A stretch of DNA of 62,590 nucleotides, the filler included, from Chiloscyllium plagiosum (taxonomy: Eukaryota), in the NCBI RefSeq assembly GCF_004010195.1. It is 6 parts of one record of this genome, joined end to end, with 100 filler letters (N's around TTAATTAATTAA, not from the genome) between each part and the next. Parts side by side here need not be neighbours in the genome. Positions count along the whole stretch, not along the records: positions 33,646 to 44,198 come from NC_057716.1; positions 44,299 to 53,438 come from NC_057716.1; 4 more parts are not named here. The stretch is one strand, 5' to 3'. The first letter of the stretch is position 1. Each line of letters starts with the position of its first letter. The notes beneath the pieces are model-generated. The model saw nothing but the letters and a program-made list of their open reading frames with translations, made no database searches and had not been told where the DNA came from. Below are positions 38,882 to 50,353 of this stretch, piece by piece. Position numbers and translations under genes: made by a program.

Positions 38882-39539
38882 GAAACTTGATCACCTCGAG
38901 AGAAAGAAAAAGCGAGAAAAAAAGAGAAAGCAAAAAAAGAAGAGAAAAAGTAAACATAAGAAAAAAGAAAGTAGATCCCCCACTATCCGCTCTGCTCGTG
39001 AAAGTGGTTCTGAAATGGAGAAGAGAAAAGGGATGCACAGCAAAGATAAATATTTGAAGAGGAAGAGGCACCTATCATCGGACAGTGAAAGCAGTTCTGA
39101 AGAAAAGATGATTTGCATTCAAAAACTCAGCAAAACGCACTCAAGCAATTATTTTGAGACTGAAGAGAAGATTACAGATAGTAGAAGCAGAAATAAAGGT
39201 GACATAAGCTATTCCAGCAACCGGGACAGGGAACGATCTGATCGGAGCAGAAGCAATAGCAAAGATTCACGTGTAAGAAGAAAAAGTAAGGACAAACACC
39301 ATACAGGGCACAGTGGAGAGAAGTACACTGATGGGAGACATGTGGCCAAAAGTAAGGGTGAGGAGAAAGATTGGATGAACAGGACAGATAACAAGGACCA
39401 GACGAGAAGGTTCAGGGTAAACCAACAGATACAAAGTAGAGAGAGTGGTCGTCGGGAAAGCTATCATAAGGAAAGGAGTAACAGGGATGAACACTGTATA
39501 AGAACCAGCAACAACAAGGATAAGAATGTAAGAGAATGA
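38882..39539 (+). CDS. CIR1: CIR1 terminal coding exon, Lys/Arg/Ser-rich low-complexity tail (RKLDHLERKKKREKK...NVRE*)
   Basis: Acceptor ttttgcaaAG at 38880-38881; the frame equals ORF 38874..39539; it continues KLLR-KLD as in CIR1; stop TGA at 39537-39539. Confidence 0.93.
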
Positions 39540-39732
39540 GGATAGAATTGAAGTCTTTGAAGTGAATAGACAGAACAGCCTAAGGACTTGTATTATATCT
39601 GGTAATATTTGAGACATGCTGTAAAGGGTTTTGTCTAGTTTATGGCACATTTTCTAATTGTTTAAAACTTTACTCTACATAGTTATTATAATAGTTTGAG
39701 ACTTATGTATTATTCTGTATTTTTGACTACTT

Positions 39733-39738
39733 AATAAA
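39733..39738 (+). terminator. Candidate polyadenylation signal of CIR1
   Basis: AATAAA about 195 nt after the stop codon, followed by T-rich sequence. Confidence 0.6.
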
Positions 39739-41419
39739 GTCTGAAAACAGTAGACAAATGATATATCTGTGAACACTTTATTTTCTCCTCTCTAAGCTTC
39801 CTTTAAATTAGGTTCTATATGCTAATCATACTTCATTTGTAAATTTCCTTCAAATTTCCACTATTTGTAATCCACAACTCTCAAAGCAACAGAAATATTA
39901 TAATTATTTAGTAGTTACACTACAGAAACAAACTACTTAGCTCCATCAGTGCAGTGTTTCTTGCAACCACCAATGTGACCCATCGTTAAATATTAGCACA
40001 GTCCATATTCAGTTGCTGCATTCTATCGCCCCAAACCAATGTACACTTATTTTGAAAGCTTGCTCTCTCTCTCTTTTATATTGAAGTTTCATTACACCAA
40101 AAACAATCTGCTCTTATCTATCTGATCAAATCACTTCACAACTTTAAATAAATTTAAAACTACCTGTTCTTTGAACTCAATCTATGTTTTACTGTAGCAG
40201 GTTTAAGAAGAAATATCAAATTGGCTTCCCTGAGATATCAGTTTGCCCAAACTGCTTCTGTCCATTTGGTACCTCTCAATTGCGGCTTAGAATTTAATTG
40301 AAGTGCTATATTGCTCATCTGTGGGCAATAAACAGGTCAGGAAAAATGTCCTTTTTTAAATAGGTGCTTTTGCATTCCTAGCATATGTTAGTACCACCAG
40401 CTAGAGGTTCTGCGAATCAGACCTGCAGGAGGTACGTCCCAACACGGGAGTTCAGTGTCAGGAAAATTGAAGCCATTATTTTCAGTTACTATTCCAAATT
40501 CTGTTCCCTTGCACCAGCCCTCTTCCTGGGAGAGATGAGATGATAATATCTCTTCAAATTATTGGCATTTATTTTTTGATATTCATTCATGGAATGTGTG
40601 CATCACTCGCTCGGCCAACAGTTATTACCAATCCCCATTTACCTTTGTGGCGGTGGTTTTGAGATTTGCTTTATTGAGCCACCAGATGCTTGGAATGTTC
40701 ATACACCCACGGTGCTGTGAGGAAAGACTTCCAGGATTTTGATCTAGTGAATGATAAGCAATATATTCCAAGTCAGGATGGTGTGAGGCTGAGAGGGGAA
40801 TTTGTCTTTGGTGGTGTTTCTATGCTTTACTCCTTTTAGGTGGCAGAGTTCACAGAATTGGAAAATTTGGAAATCTTTAGGAATCATGTATAAATCTTTG
40901 AGAAGGTACACTGGAGATTTATATAAGAATGTTCTAGGAATTAAGAAATTTAGATACAGGTTAGCCTGGAGAAGCTGGGTTCATCTTTTGAGCAAAGGAG
41001 TTATAGGGGAGATCTGAAAAAAATCTGAGAGATTTAGGTAAGGTTATTAAAAGAAAGTTGTTGCTATTAGTTGGAATAAAGTTTAAAAGACATGGATTTA
41101 AGCTTTTGGGCATGAGGAAGAACTTCTCTAGGCAGCAATTGGCTTTTTTAAAAAAATGTTTTTCTATTCTTCCTACCAAAGTGGATAGTTTCACAGTTCC
41201 CCACACTGTATTCTGTCTATTATTCTCTTATACACGCACATCCAGTACATATCCCTTTGCAGCCTCATGCATTCTTTTCGCAGGTTACTTTCCTACGTTG
41301 CTTTGTATCCACAGGGAACTTGCATATATTACACCTGGTCTTGATACCTAAATCATTAACATAGATTGTAAATACCTGAGGTCAAAACAGTGTTCATTGC
41401 AGCAATTACTAGTTCTCTA

Positions 41420-42520
41420 GTAGAGATGTACAGCATGGAAACAGACCCTTCGGTCCAGCCCGTCCATGCCGACCAGATATCCCAACCCAATCTAGTCCGA
41501 CCTGCCAGCAACTGGCCCATATTCCTCTAAACCCTTCCTATTCATATACCCATCCAAATGCCTCTTAAATGTTGCAATTGTACCAGCCTCCACCACTTAT
41601 TCTGGCAGCTCATTCCATACACGTACCACCCTCTATGTGAAAAAGTTGCCCCTTAGGTCTCTTTTATATCTTTCCCCTCTCACCCTAAACCTATGCCCTC
41701 TAGTTCTGGACTCCCTGACCTCAGGAAAAAGGCTTTGTCTATTTATCCTATCCATGCCCCTCATAATTTTGTAAACCTCTATAAGTTCACCCCTCAGCCT
41801 CTGATGCTCCAGGGAAAACGGCCACAGCCTGTTCAATCTCTCCCTATAGCTCAAATCCTCCAACCTTGGCAACGTCTTTGTAAATCTTTTCTGAACCCTT
41901 TGAAGTTTCACAACATCTTTCCGATAGGAAGGAGACCAGAATTGCCCAAAATGCAGCACCTCGCATTTATCTGAATTAAACTCCATCTGCCACTTCTCAG
42001 CCCATTGGCCCATCTGGTCCAGATCCTGTTGTAATCTGAGGTGACCCTTTTTGCTGTCCACTACACCTCAATTTTGGTGTCATCTGCAAGCTTACTAACT
42101 ATACCTTTTATGCTCATATCCAAATCATTTATGTAAATTACAAAAAGTAGAGGGCCCAGCACCGATCCTTGTGGCACTCCACTGGTCACAGGCCTCCAGT
42201 CTGAAAAACAACGCTCCAGCACCACCCTCTGTCTTCTACCTTTGAGCCAGTTCTGTATCCAAATGGCCAGTTCTCCCTGTGTTCCATGGGATCTAACCTT
42301 GCAAATCAGTCTCCCATGGGAAACCTTGGCGAACGCCTTACTGAAGTCCATATAGATCACATCTCGCGCTCTGCCTTCATCAATCTTTTTTGTTACTTCA
42401 AAAAACTCGATCAAGTTTGTGAGACGATTTCCCACGCACAAAACCATGTTGACTATCCCTAATCAGTTCCTACCTTTCCAAATACATGTACATCCTGTCC
42501 CTGAGGATTCCCTCCAACTT
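41420..42520 (-). mobile_element. CR1 RT and 3' end fragment with internal deletion
   Basis: [40 protein letters not shown]; the join CEVLHFG|QFWSP marks a deletion. Confidence 0.9.
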
Positions 42521-42543
42521 ATCATGAGGGTTCCTGTCTCTCT

Positions 42544-43145
42544 GAGAAAGTGAGGACTGCAGATGCTGGAGATCAGAGATGAAAATGTGTTGCTGGAAAA
42601 GCGCAGCAGGTCAGGCAGCATCCAAGGAGCAGGAGAATCGACGTTTCGGGCATGAGCCCTTCTTCAGGAATGAAGAGTGTGTGCCAAGCAGGCTAAGATA
42701 AAAGGTAGGGGGGAGGGGCGTTGGAAATGCGATAGGTGGAAGGAGGTTAAGGTGAGGGTGATAGGCTGGAGTGGGGTGGGGGTGGAGATGTTAGGAAGAA
42801 GATTGCAGGTTAGGAAGGTGGTGCTGAGTTCGAGGATTGGGACTGAGACAAGGTGGGGGGAGGGGAAATGAGGAAACTCTAGAAATCTGAGTTCATCCCT
42901 TGTGGTTGGAGGGTTCCTAGGCGGAAGATGAGGCGCTCTTCCTCCAGCCGTCGTGTTGCTATGGTCTGGCGATGGAGGAGTCCAAGGACCTGCATGTCCT
43001 TTGTTGGAGTGGGAGGGGGAGTTGAAGTGTTGAGCCACGGGGTGGTTGGGTTGGTTGGTTCCGGGTGTTCTCTGAAACGTTCCGCAAGTAGGCGGCCTGT
43101 CTCCCCAATATAGAGGAGGCCACATCGGGTGCAGCGGAGGCAGTC
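42544..43145 (-). mobile_element. Penelope-like element 3' part: GIY-YIG remnant, UTR, terminal repeat with intact hammerhead core (42640-42667)
   Basis: Minus strand CGLLYIGETGR / VAQHFNSPSH in shifting frames; CUGAAGA-A-GGGC-UCAU-GCCC-GAA-ACGU-C. Confidence 0.9.
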
Positions 43146-43639
43146 TGCATAACTGACTGACTGAACAACTGCACTGACTCCATGACACTTAAGAGAGCCA
43201 CTGAAGGCGAGGTGGGTGCCTCAATGATGCTACATCACATATTGTGATATCACATAATTGTCTTCAAAGTATATAGGACAAGAATCTATGCAATAACACA
43301 ATAGCTCATATCATTACTCATTTGTCAAATCAATTATCACAGTCACCACCTTCCCATCACAATTGCAAAACAAATTTGATGGAGGAATATTTTACATGTC
43401 TTATAGAGCAGATTAAACCCCTCAAAATATGTTCAGGAGATAGTCCAGAACCTGAGCGTTTCTTATTTTAAAAGTAAGTGTCAGGTGTTGCATTCCAGAT
43501 GTAATTCAATTGGTCAAACACACTTTATTCATACACTATACTTAAAATACAAGAAAAGAAAAGAATTGGCTTAGCTGTAACTGTATTAAACTGCTTAACA
43601 AAATAATGGATACGGTAACTATTATAAATTAACTGATTC

Positions 43640-44198
43640 AACAGAAATTTACCTGCACTTCCACACACAACATCTACTGTATCTGTTGCACCCAAGGTAG
43701 TCTCCTCTACATGGGGGAGACAGGATGCCAACTTGCGGATTGTTTCAGAGAACATCTCTGAGACAACCACACTAACCAATGCCCAATGGCTGAACACTTC
43801 CACTCCCGCTCCACAATGGACAAGCAGGTCCTGGGCCTCCTCCATCGCTAAACCCTAACCAACTGACGCCTGGAGGAAGAACGCCTCATCTTCCGCCTTG
43901 GGACCATCCAACCACATGGGCTCAATGTGGATTTCACCAGTTTCCTCATTTCCCCTCCCCCACCTATCCCAGTCCCAACTTTCCTATTCGGCACTACCCT
44001 CTCGAATGGTTCAACTTGTCCATCTTCCTTCCCACCTATCTGCTCCACCCTCCTCTCCAACCCATCACCTTCCCCCTCACCTTCATCTACCTATTGCACT
44101 CCTAGCTAACTTTCCTCCAGTCCCACCCCTCCCAGTTATCTCTCAGCATTCCCGGCGTACAAGCCTCATTTCTGATGAAGGGCTTATGCACGAAAGGT
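43640..44198 (+). mobile_element. Penelope-like element 3' part ending in a degenerate hammerhead motif (44172-44198) at the contig end
   Basis: LLYMGETG..FREH...EERLIFRLGTIQPHGLN; CTGATGA-A-GGGC-TTAT-GCAC-GAAAGGT. Confidence 0.85.
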
Positions 44199-44298
44199 NN
44201 NNNNNNNNNNNNNNNNNNNNNNNNNNNNNNNNNNNNNNNNNNTTAATTAATTAANNNNNNNNNNNNNNNNNNNNNNNNNNNNNNNNNNNNNNNNNNNN

Positions 44299-44780
44299 TG
44301 TGGAAGCATTGGAAAAGGTGCAGAGGAAATTTACCAGGATGTTGCCTGGTCTGGAGGGAAGGTCTTATGAGGAAAGGCTGAGAGACTTGAACCTGTTCTC
44401 ATTGGCAAGAAGAAGGCTAAGGGAGGATTTGATAGAGACATACAAGATGATCAGAGGATTAGATAGGGTAAACAGTGAAAGTCTTTTTCCTAGGATGATG
44501 ACGTCAGCTTGTATGAGGGGGCATAACTACAAATTGAGGGGTGATAGATTTAAGACAGATGTCAGAGGCAGGTTCTTTACACAGAGAGTGGTAAGGGCGT
44601 GGAATGCCCTACCTGCTAATGTAGTCAACTCAGCCACATTAGGGAGATTTAAATAATCCTTAGATAAGCACATGGATAATTTTGGGATATTATAGGGGGA
44701 CGAGTTGAGGATAGTTCACAGGTTGGCACAACATCGAGGGCTGAAGAGCCTGTTCTGTGCTGTATTGTTCTATGTCCTAT
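44299..44780 (+). mobile_element. CR1 3' fragment
   Basis: ORF 44300..44656: EALEKVQRKFTRMLPG...FFTQRVVRAWNALP. Confidence 0.9.
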
Positions 44781-46821
44781 AACCCTCTAAAATTGGCACA
44801 GGTTCAAAAGGAGATTGAATGCAGGCTCCAAAACAACAATACTGAAGTGGATTACAGTGACTGGAGCTCACCCACAGTCATGGTGCCAAAACCAAATGCT
44901 ACCTGACAGTTGTGTGTGGACTATCGCAAAATCAATGCAGTTACAAAGACTGATGGATATCTGATTCCGTGTTTGGAAGACTGTGTTGAGAAGGTAAGAT
45001 AAGCAACTTATATTTCTAAGTTGGACTTACTCAGAGGATACTGGCGGGTACCTTTGTCAGAAAGAGTGAAGACAATTTTAGCTTTCATAACGCTGAATGG
45101 ACTGTATCAGTTTAAAGTTATGCCATTTGGCATGAAAAATGCACCAACCACATTTCAGAGACTAACCAATAAGGTCATTGCCGAGTTACCCAATTGTGTC
45201 GTATATATCGATGACCTCGTAATTTTTAGTCCAACATGGAAAGAAAATTTACAACATCTATCAGACTTGTTTGATTAACTTTGGAAGGCAGGCTTGGTAA
45301 TAAACCTGGCTAAAAGTGAATTTGCCAAAGCCCAAGTCACCTTCCTAGATTATGTTATTGCATATGGACAAATGGTCCCATGGAATGCAAAAACAAAGTT
45401 TATTGGGGAGTTTCCCATACCATTGACAAAAAGAGCAGTACTATGATTCCTGGGATTGAGTGGATTTTATCAAAAAATTCATACCAAATTTTAGCAGTGT
45501 GGCTGCTTCAGTCACTGAATTATTGAAGAAAGACAATAAGTTTCAGTGGACAGTGGACCCTCAGAAAGCATTTGACAGACTGAAAGCTGTGTTAGCCACC
45601 GCCTAAGAGTTAGCTACACCTAATTATGCAAAGCCATTCAAGGTGGCTATAGATGCCAGTGATGTGGGTGTCAATGCTGTACTCTTACAAGGAGACAACA
45701 AGATAGAAAAACCTATCTGGTATTTCACCAGGAAACTGAACATTCATCAGAAGAAATATTCGGCAATTGAAAAGGAGACTTTGAACTTGGTGATGGCATT
45801 ACAACATTTCAATGGTTATGTTACCAGTAATGTATCTGAGACAATCATATACACTGACCATAACCCATTAAAGTTTGTGGAGAACTTTAAGGACAAAAAT
45901 GCTGACCTGTTTAGATGGAGCTTGTTGTTACAGCCATTCAGTTTGAAATTGTGCATGTGGCAGGACAAGAAAACTTGATTGCCGACGCATTATCGAGACT
46001 TGAATGAGAAACACAGGCATTTAGTGGCAGGAGTAAAACTGACTGAAACAAAATAAAGTTGTGCATGTTTGCATGATTATTGTCAATGTAATGTATAAGT
46101 GTGTTGTAGAGTATTAACAGTTTAAGATCATGGGGTTTTAAAATGTAGCCGTCTTTGAATATGGATGGTTCATTTTCTTTGGCGGGGGGGGGAGGGTGAG
46201 AAGGTGTGATGATGCTGCTCTTTTAACAAGGTTAGGTTGTCCTTGGTTTTTTTTTCAGGAGATCATAAAAACACAGACTCCAAAATGTCTGTGGTTGTTC
46301 TACCTGAGAATGCGTTCAAGTTTAAAAAAGACAATGAAAGGGGATTGGCCAGTTCTCCCAGATCAGCATTTCTCTGGTTTGGTTTGATTTGGTTTTAGCA
46401 ATCTGGCTGTTCACTGAAAGCAGTCAGTTTTGAGGCTGCTGGTCCAAGATACAGCTACATGGAAGAAGGTGAGTTTCTCTGTCAACTCACTCTCTCCTGT
46501 AAGACCCTGTGTTTGATTTTACCTTTTTTACCAAGGGGTGTTTATGGGGATTGTTGCAAGTATTTGGAATAGCATCATTAAGTTGAGATAATCTGTTGGG
46601 TTTTTGGATGGGTTAAGTTATTCGGTATTTTGTTCTCTTTTGTTTGTGTTTCATTTGGTCATCTTGTCTAAATGAATTCTATTTTGTTTTAAACTAAATG
46701 GTTTAACCAGCTGCATCTCTCCTGGAATATCCACATTACACCTGCTTAAAACAACTGGCAAAGTTAGAGTCTGGGCTACTTTCTTGAAATGTTTTGAGGG
46801 GGTCTGGCCTGGTCCATAACA
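44781..46821 (+). mobile_element. Gypsy (Gmr1-like) element 3' part: RT, RNase H, PPT, LTR (about 46196-46821)
   Basis: LCVDYRKINAVT, DLLRGYW, YQFKVMPFGMKNAPTTFQR, VYIDDL, IDASDVG, YSAIEKETL, YTDHNPL, IADALSRLE*; G-rich PPT at about 46181-46196; LTR ends ccataaCA and is homologous to 21276-21410. Confidence 0.9.
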
Positions 46822-47755
46822 GCTGCCAGAGGAAGTGGGGGAGGCAAGTGCAATTACAACATTTAGAACATTGAATGTTACACAGCCCTTTGGCCCTCGC
46901 TGTTGCACTGACCTGTGAAATTAATCTGATTCCCATCTAGCCTATACCATTCTATTATTATCCATATGTATAATCCAATGCCAATTCAAATGACTTTAAT
47001 GTCAGCAAATTTACTACAGTTTCAGGCAGGCTGTTTCACTCCCTTACTACACTGTGTAAAGAAACTACCCCTGATATCTGTCCTAAATCTATGTCCCCTC
47101 GTGTCAGCTTTCACCATTCTTGCAAAAAGACTTTCACTGACTAGCCTATCTAACTAATTATATTGTAGGTCTCAATTAAGTCACCTCTCAACCTTCTTCC
47201 CTCCAATGAAAACAGCCTCAGTTCCCTCAACCTTTCCTTGTAAGACCTTCCTTCCATACCAGGCAACATCCTAGTAAATCTCCTCTGAACCATTTCCAAA
47301 GCTTCCACATTCTTCCTATAATGTGGTGACCAGAATTGTATATAATATTCCAGGTGTGGCCTTACTAGTGTCTTGTACAACTAATGCATGACCTTGTGGC
47401 TCCAAAACCCAATCCCCCCATCAATGAACGCCAACAAACCATATGCCTTCTTAACAATCCTATCAACCTGGGTGGCAACTTTCAGGGATTTATGCACCTG
47501 GACATAGAGATCTCTCTGTTCATCTACATTGCCAAGAATTTTACCATTAGCCCAGTATTCTGCCTTATTTCTTCCAAAGTGAACTACCTCACACAAAGGC
47601 ATTTGAATGGGTATAGGAATAGGAAGGGTTCATGAATATGAATAAGAATAAGAGGGAAATGGGCCAAATACTAGCAAATGGGACTAGGTCAGATTGGGAT
47701 GGCTGGTCTGTGTGAATAAGTTAGACTGCAGGATCTATTTCTGTGCTCTTTCACT
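46822..47755. mobile_element. CR1 3' tail (+) interrupted by an antisense CR1 fragment (about 46865-47595)
   Basis: Minus-strand ORFs [18 protein letters not shown] and DEQRDLYVQVHKSLKV. Confidence 0.8.
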
Positions 47756-48839
47756 CCTGTTTTCATTTCATCCAATCCTTTTCAGCTACGTAGGCTCTGA
47801 GTTATAACTTTCCTATGATATCTTGCACCATGCTCATCTGGTTCAACTCCCACAATTTCAGTCTCTTTCCCATTACACTGATCACTAAACTTCCCTTTCA
47901 GGCACCTCAGCTGATGTGATTCTCTGTTACTAATCTTAAATACATTGTTGCTAGCCCACAACAAAAAAACCCTTAAATTCTTCTAGAAATTATTGACTCA
48001 TCCCAATTTCCACTTTCTATGCTGAATCTTTAATGCTTTTACAAACAAGGAGATCTGTCTCTCCAACAACTGTTAATTCTTTAAAATCAGGTTTACCAAC
48101 CCCACCCTATAAAGAAATAACCACATTTATGAATGCTGTACTATTCCTGTATGCATTATTGCTTATTTCCTTGAATAACTACCACACCATTCATTTTAGC
48201 AGTTTAGTTGCTTAATCCTATTGTTATCTCACCCAGATGTTTTCCTCTCCAAATCTCTCATTTCCATTGATAATATCTGTAGATATTTTATGTTTTCAAT
48301 CTATTCAGAGATGTTATTACACACCTCTGGTACAGTTGAGACTTGAACTAAAGCCTTTTGGCGCAACTACCACTGCCACTAAAGTCCTATTTGCTTGTAT
48401 TTTATCTTTCACTAATTCCAGCTCACTCATGTTCTCTCAGTGGTATTTTCCGTGCAGCAAGTGGATTGATAGAACAAACACACCTCGCCCCATTCCCCAT
48501 ACTCGCCTGATACCAGGGACATTACCGTACCGCATATCCCTCCAATTGCGATTGTAATTGATTTAAGCGGTAATTTATGCTTGGAGATTCATGGTTATGG
48601 AGTAACATGAGTAAAATATCCTTTGGTCCATCGTGTCCGCACCAGTCGTCAAACATCCATCCACTCAAATCCATTTTCCAGCATTTGGCCTGTAGCCTTC
48701 CATACTATGGCTTTTCAATAGTTTACCTAAATAGTTTTTAAGTATTTTGATAGTTCTGGTATTTACCATCCATTTTTAAGCAGTAAGTCCCTGATATCAG
48801 GAAATCCACTTTTATAGTTTAAGTTTAATAAGTTGGTTT

Positions 48840-49620
48840 TCATTTCGAGCGTAATCTGTTTTTCCTCCCAGCGTCTTTATTCATCCATTATTGGTGCCGG
48901 TGGACACAGTGGAGTTGTTAGCGGACTCCCGAAAGAGGCATGATTTGGAGACGCCGGTGTTGGACTGGAGTGTACAAAGTTAAAAATCACACAAAACCAG
49001 GTTATAGTCCAACCGGTGTAATTGGAAGCACTAGCTTTGACGAAGGAGCGGCGCTCAGAAAGCTCGCGCTTCCAATTAAACATCCCGAAGAAGGCGCATT
49101 GACAGCGCTCTTGGCTCCTGTCAGGCTGTCCAGCCAGAAGGAACTGCAACTGCTCCCCAGCAACGCGCAGCTCCGACACGTCCTAAAAATTAACCGGTTA
49201 ACCTTCCATTCCTTCTATAGTTGTTTGTGCCTCTTTAAAAAAAAAGTGGTACCTTTTCATATGTGTTTTTTAAAATTGATTTCACTGGGGGGAGAGCGGA
49301 GTGCATTGTCATTTGTGGACTCACTGCACGAATCTCTTATAGTTCGGTGCTGACGATGCGATGCTGCCAGCCATTGGTCGTCCCCGTCCGACCTCTGTTC
49401 CTTCTTTTCCCTCCCCTCCCCCTGATCCATCGCGAGCCTTTTGCAGCTGCCTGACGTGTTAATTGCGTTTCTCCCCACAGCTGTTTCCTGATCGCTCTTT
49501 CAGGTGCAAATCGTTGCTTACATTTAAAATATAGAAAAGCCGACGCGAAATGTTAAAAATACGAATTTAGTTGGTCGACTTTTCACCCCTATTTGTTTTT
49601 CCTTTCTATTATCTTTTAAG
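48840..49620 (+). promoter_or_regulatory. CpG-rich putative promoter/5' UTR region of the dynein heavy chain gene
   Basis: CG dinucleotides are visibly enriched relative to the CpG-depleted flanks, immediately upstream of the ATG-containing exon. That exon has its own acceptor (ttttaAG, 49619-49620), implying an upstream non-coding exon. Confidence 0.55.
48938..49082. mobile_element. Short PLE family-2 terminal repeat with an inversion junction at the hammerhead
   Basis: 48943-49038 is homologous to 62165-62263; then the strand flips to tgacgaaggagcggcgctcagaaagctc...cttccaattaaac. Confidence 0.75.
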
Positions 49621-49629
49621 GCTGATGCA

Positions 49630-49863
49630 ATGACTGAAGAAAAAGTTAACTCGAATTTTCCCATCGTTCGCGTCGAAGACGAACGAATAGATTTTATAAA
49701 GGAGCAGGCGTTTAAGTCGTTAAAGGTAAGATCGGAAAAGTGGAATAAATTCATTGCGGTGGATGAAAATAAAAAACTGCTGCTGGATTTTTTCGATGAA
49801 ATGCGGAATGGAAGGCTGCTGTTCTTTACTGGAGCAGGAGGAGCTCTGCACGCTGACTCACAG
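49630..49863 (+). CDS. Axonemal outer-arm beta-type dynein heavy chain (DNAH9/11/17 class), first coding exon
   Basis: MTEEK...DERIDFIKEQAFKSLKVRSEKWNKFIAVDENKKLLLDFFDE...LLFFTGAGGALHADSQ resembles the recalled N-termini of DNAH17 (DVRLEYLEEVASIVLKFKPDKWSKLIGAEEN) and DNAH11. 78 codons, then donor cag|GTacgg in phase 0. Confidence 0.8.
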
Positions 49864-50209
49864 GTACGGGCTTGTATAATAGTGGGTTATAGGACTTTTA
49901 AAAGTCGAGTTTATTATTATCAGTTTAAAAACCACTTTTTTGAAGAGCAGAGGGAGTAAATCTGGAGGTGAAGTTTGGTGTTTATTAAGTCGCTATCCAA
50001 AAGAAAAATAAAAAAATTGTTGAAATTAATCATAAACTTGCGTTAAAATGTCTAATTATGATGTTGCAATCGTTGTTATTGTTATAAATGCAATATCAAC
50101 TATCTCGTGGATAATAAGTTGAATCCAAAATTGCGTTGTGTATTGCGCAGAGTTCACATTTTTTTCTCTAAACGGTGCAAAATTAACAACTTGCTTTTCT
50201 TTTTCAAAG

Positions 50210-50353
50210 TTGACCTTCCCATCAAAAAGCAAAATGCTTTATATTTTCAAAAACTGTAGTGGAAATTTGTCGGATAATGACCACGTAAATGAACTGATGC
50301 TTGGAGAGATCTTGCAACACCCAGTGGAGCATCTTGCAGTTTTAATCAATGAG
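50210..50353 (+). CDS. Dynein heavy chain second coding exon (LTFPSKSKMLYIFKN...LMLGEILQHPVEHLAVLINE)
   Basis: Long pyrimidine tract plus caaAG acceptor and gag|GTag donor; 144 bp, phase 0-0. Aligns to the recalled KSKGVYFIK...LLYGDISPTPVDQLIAVVEE segment of DNAH17. Confidence 0.8.

Noticed and set aside
38862..39650. Minus-strand Phe/Leu/Ser-rich ORFs
   Set aside because: They are antisense shadows of the purine-rich CIR1 last exon.
49864..49959. C-terminal part of ORF 49630..49959, and the flanks of ORF 50138..50446
   Set aside because: These are read-through into introns beyond the splice sites at 49863, 50210 and 50353.
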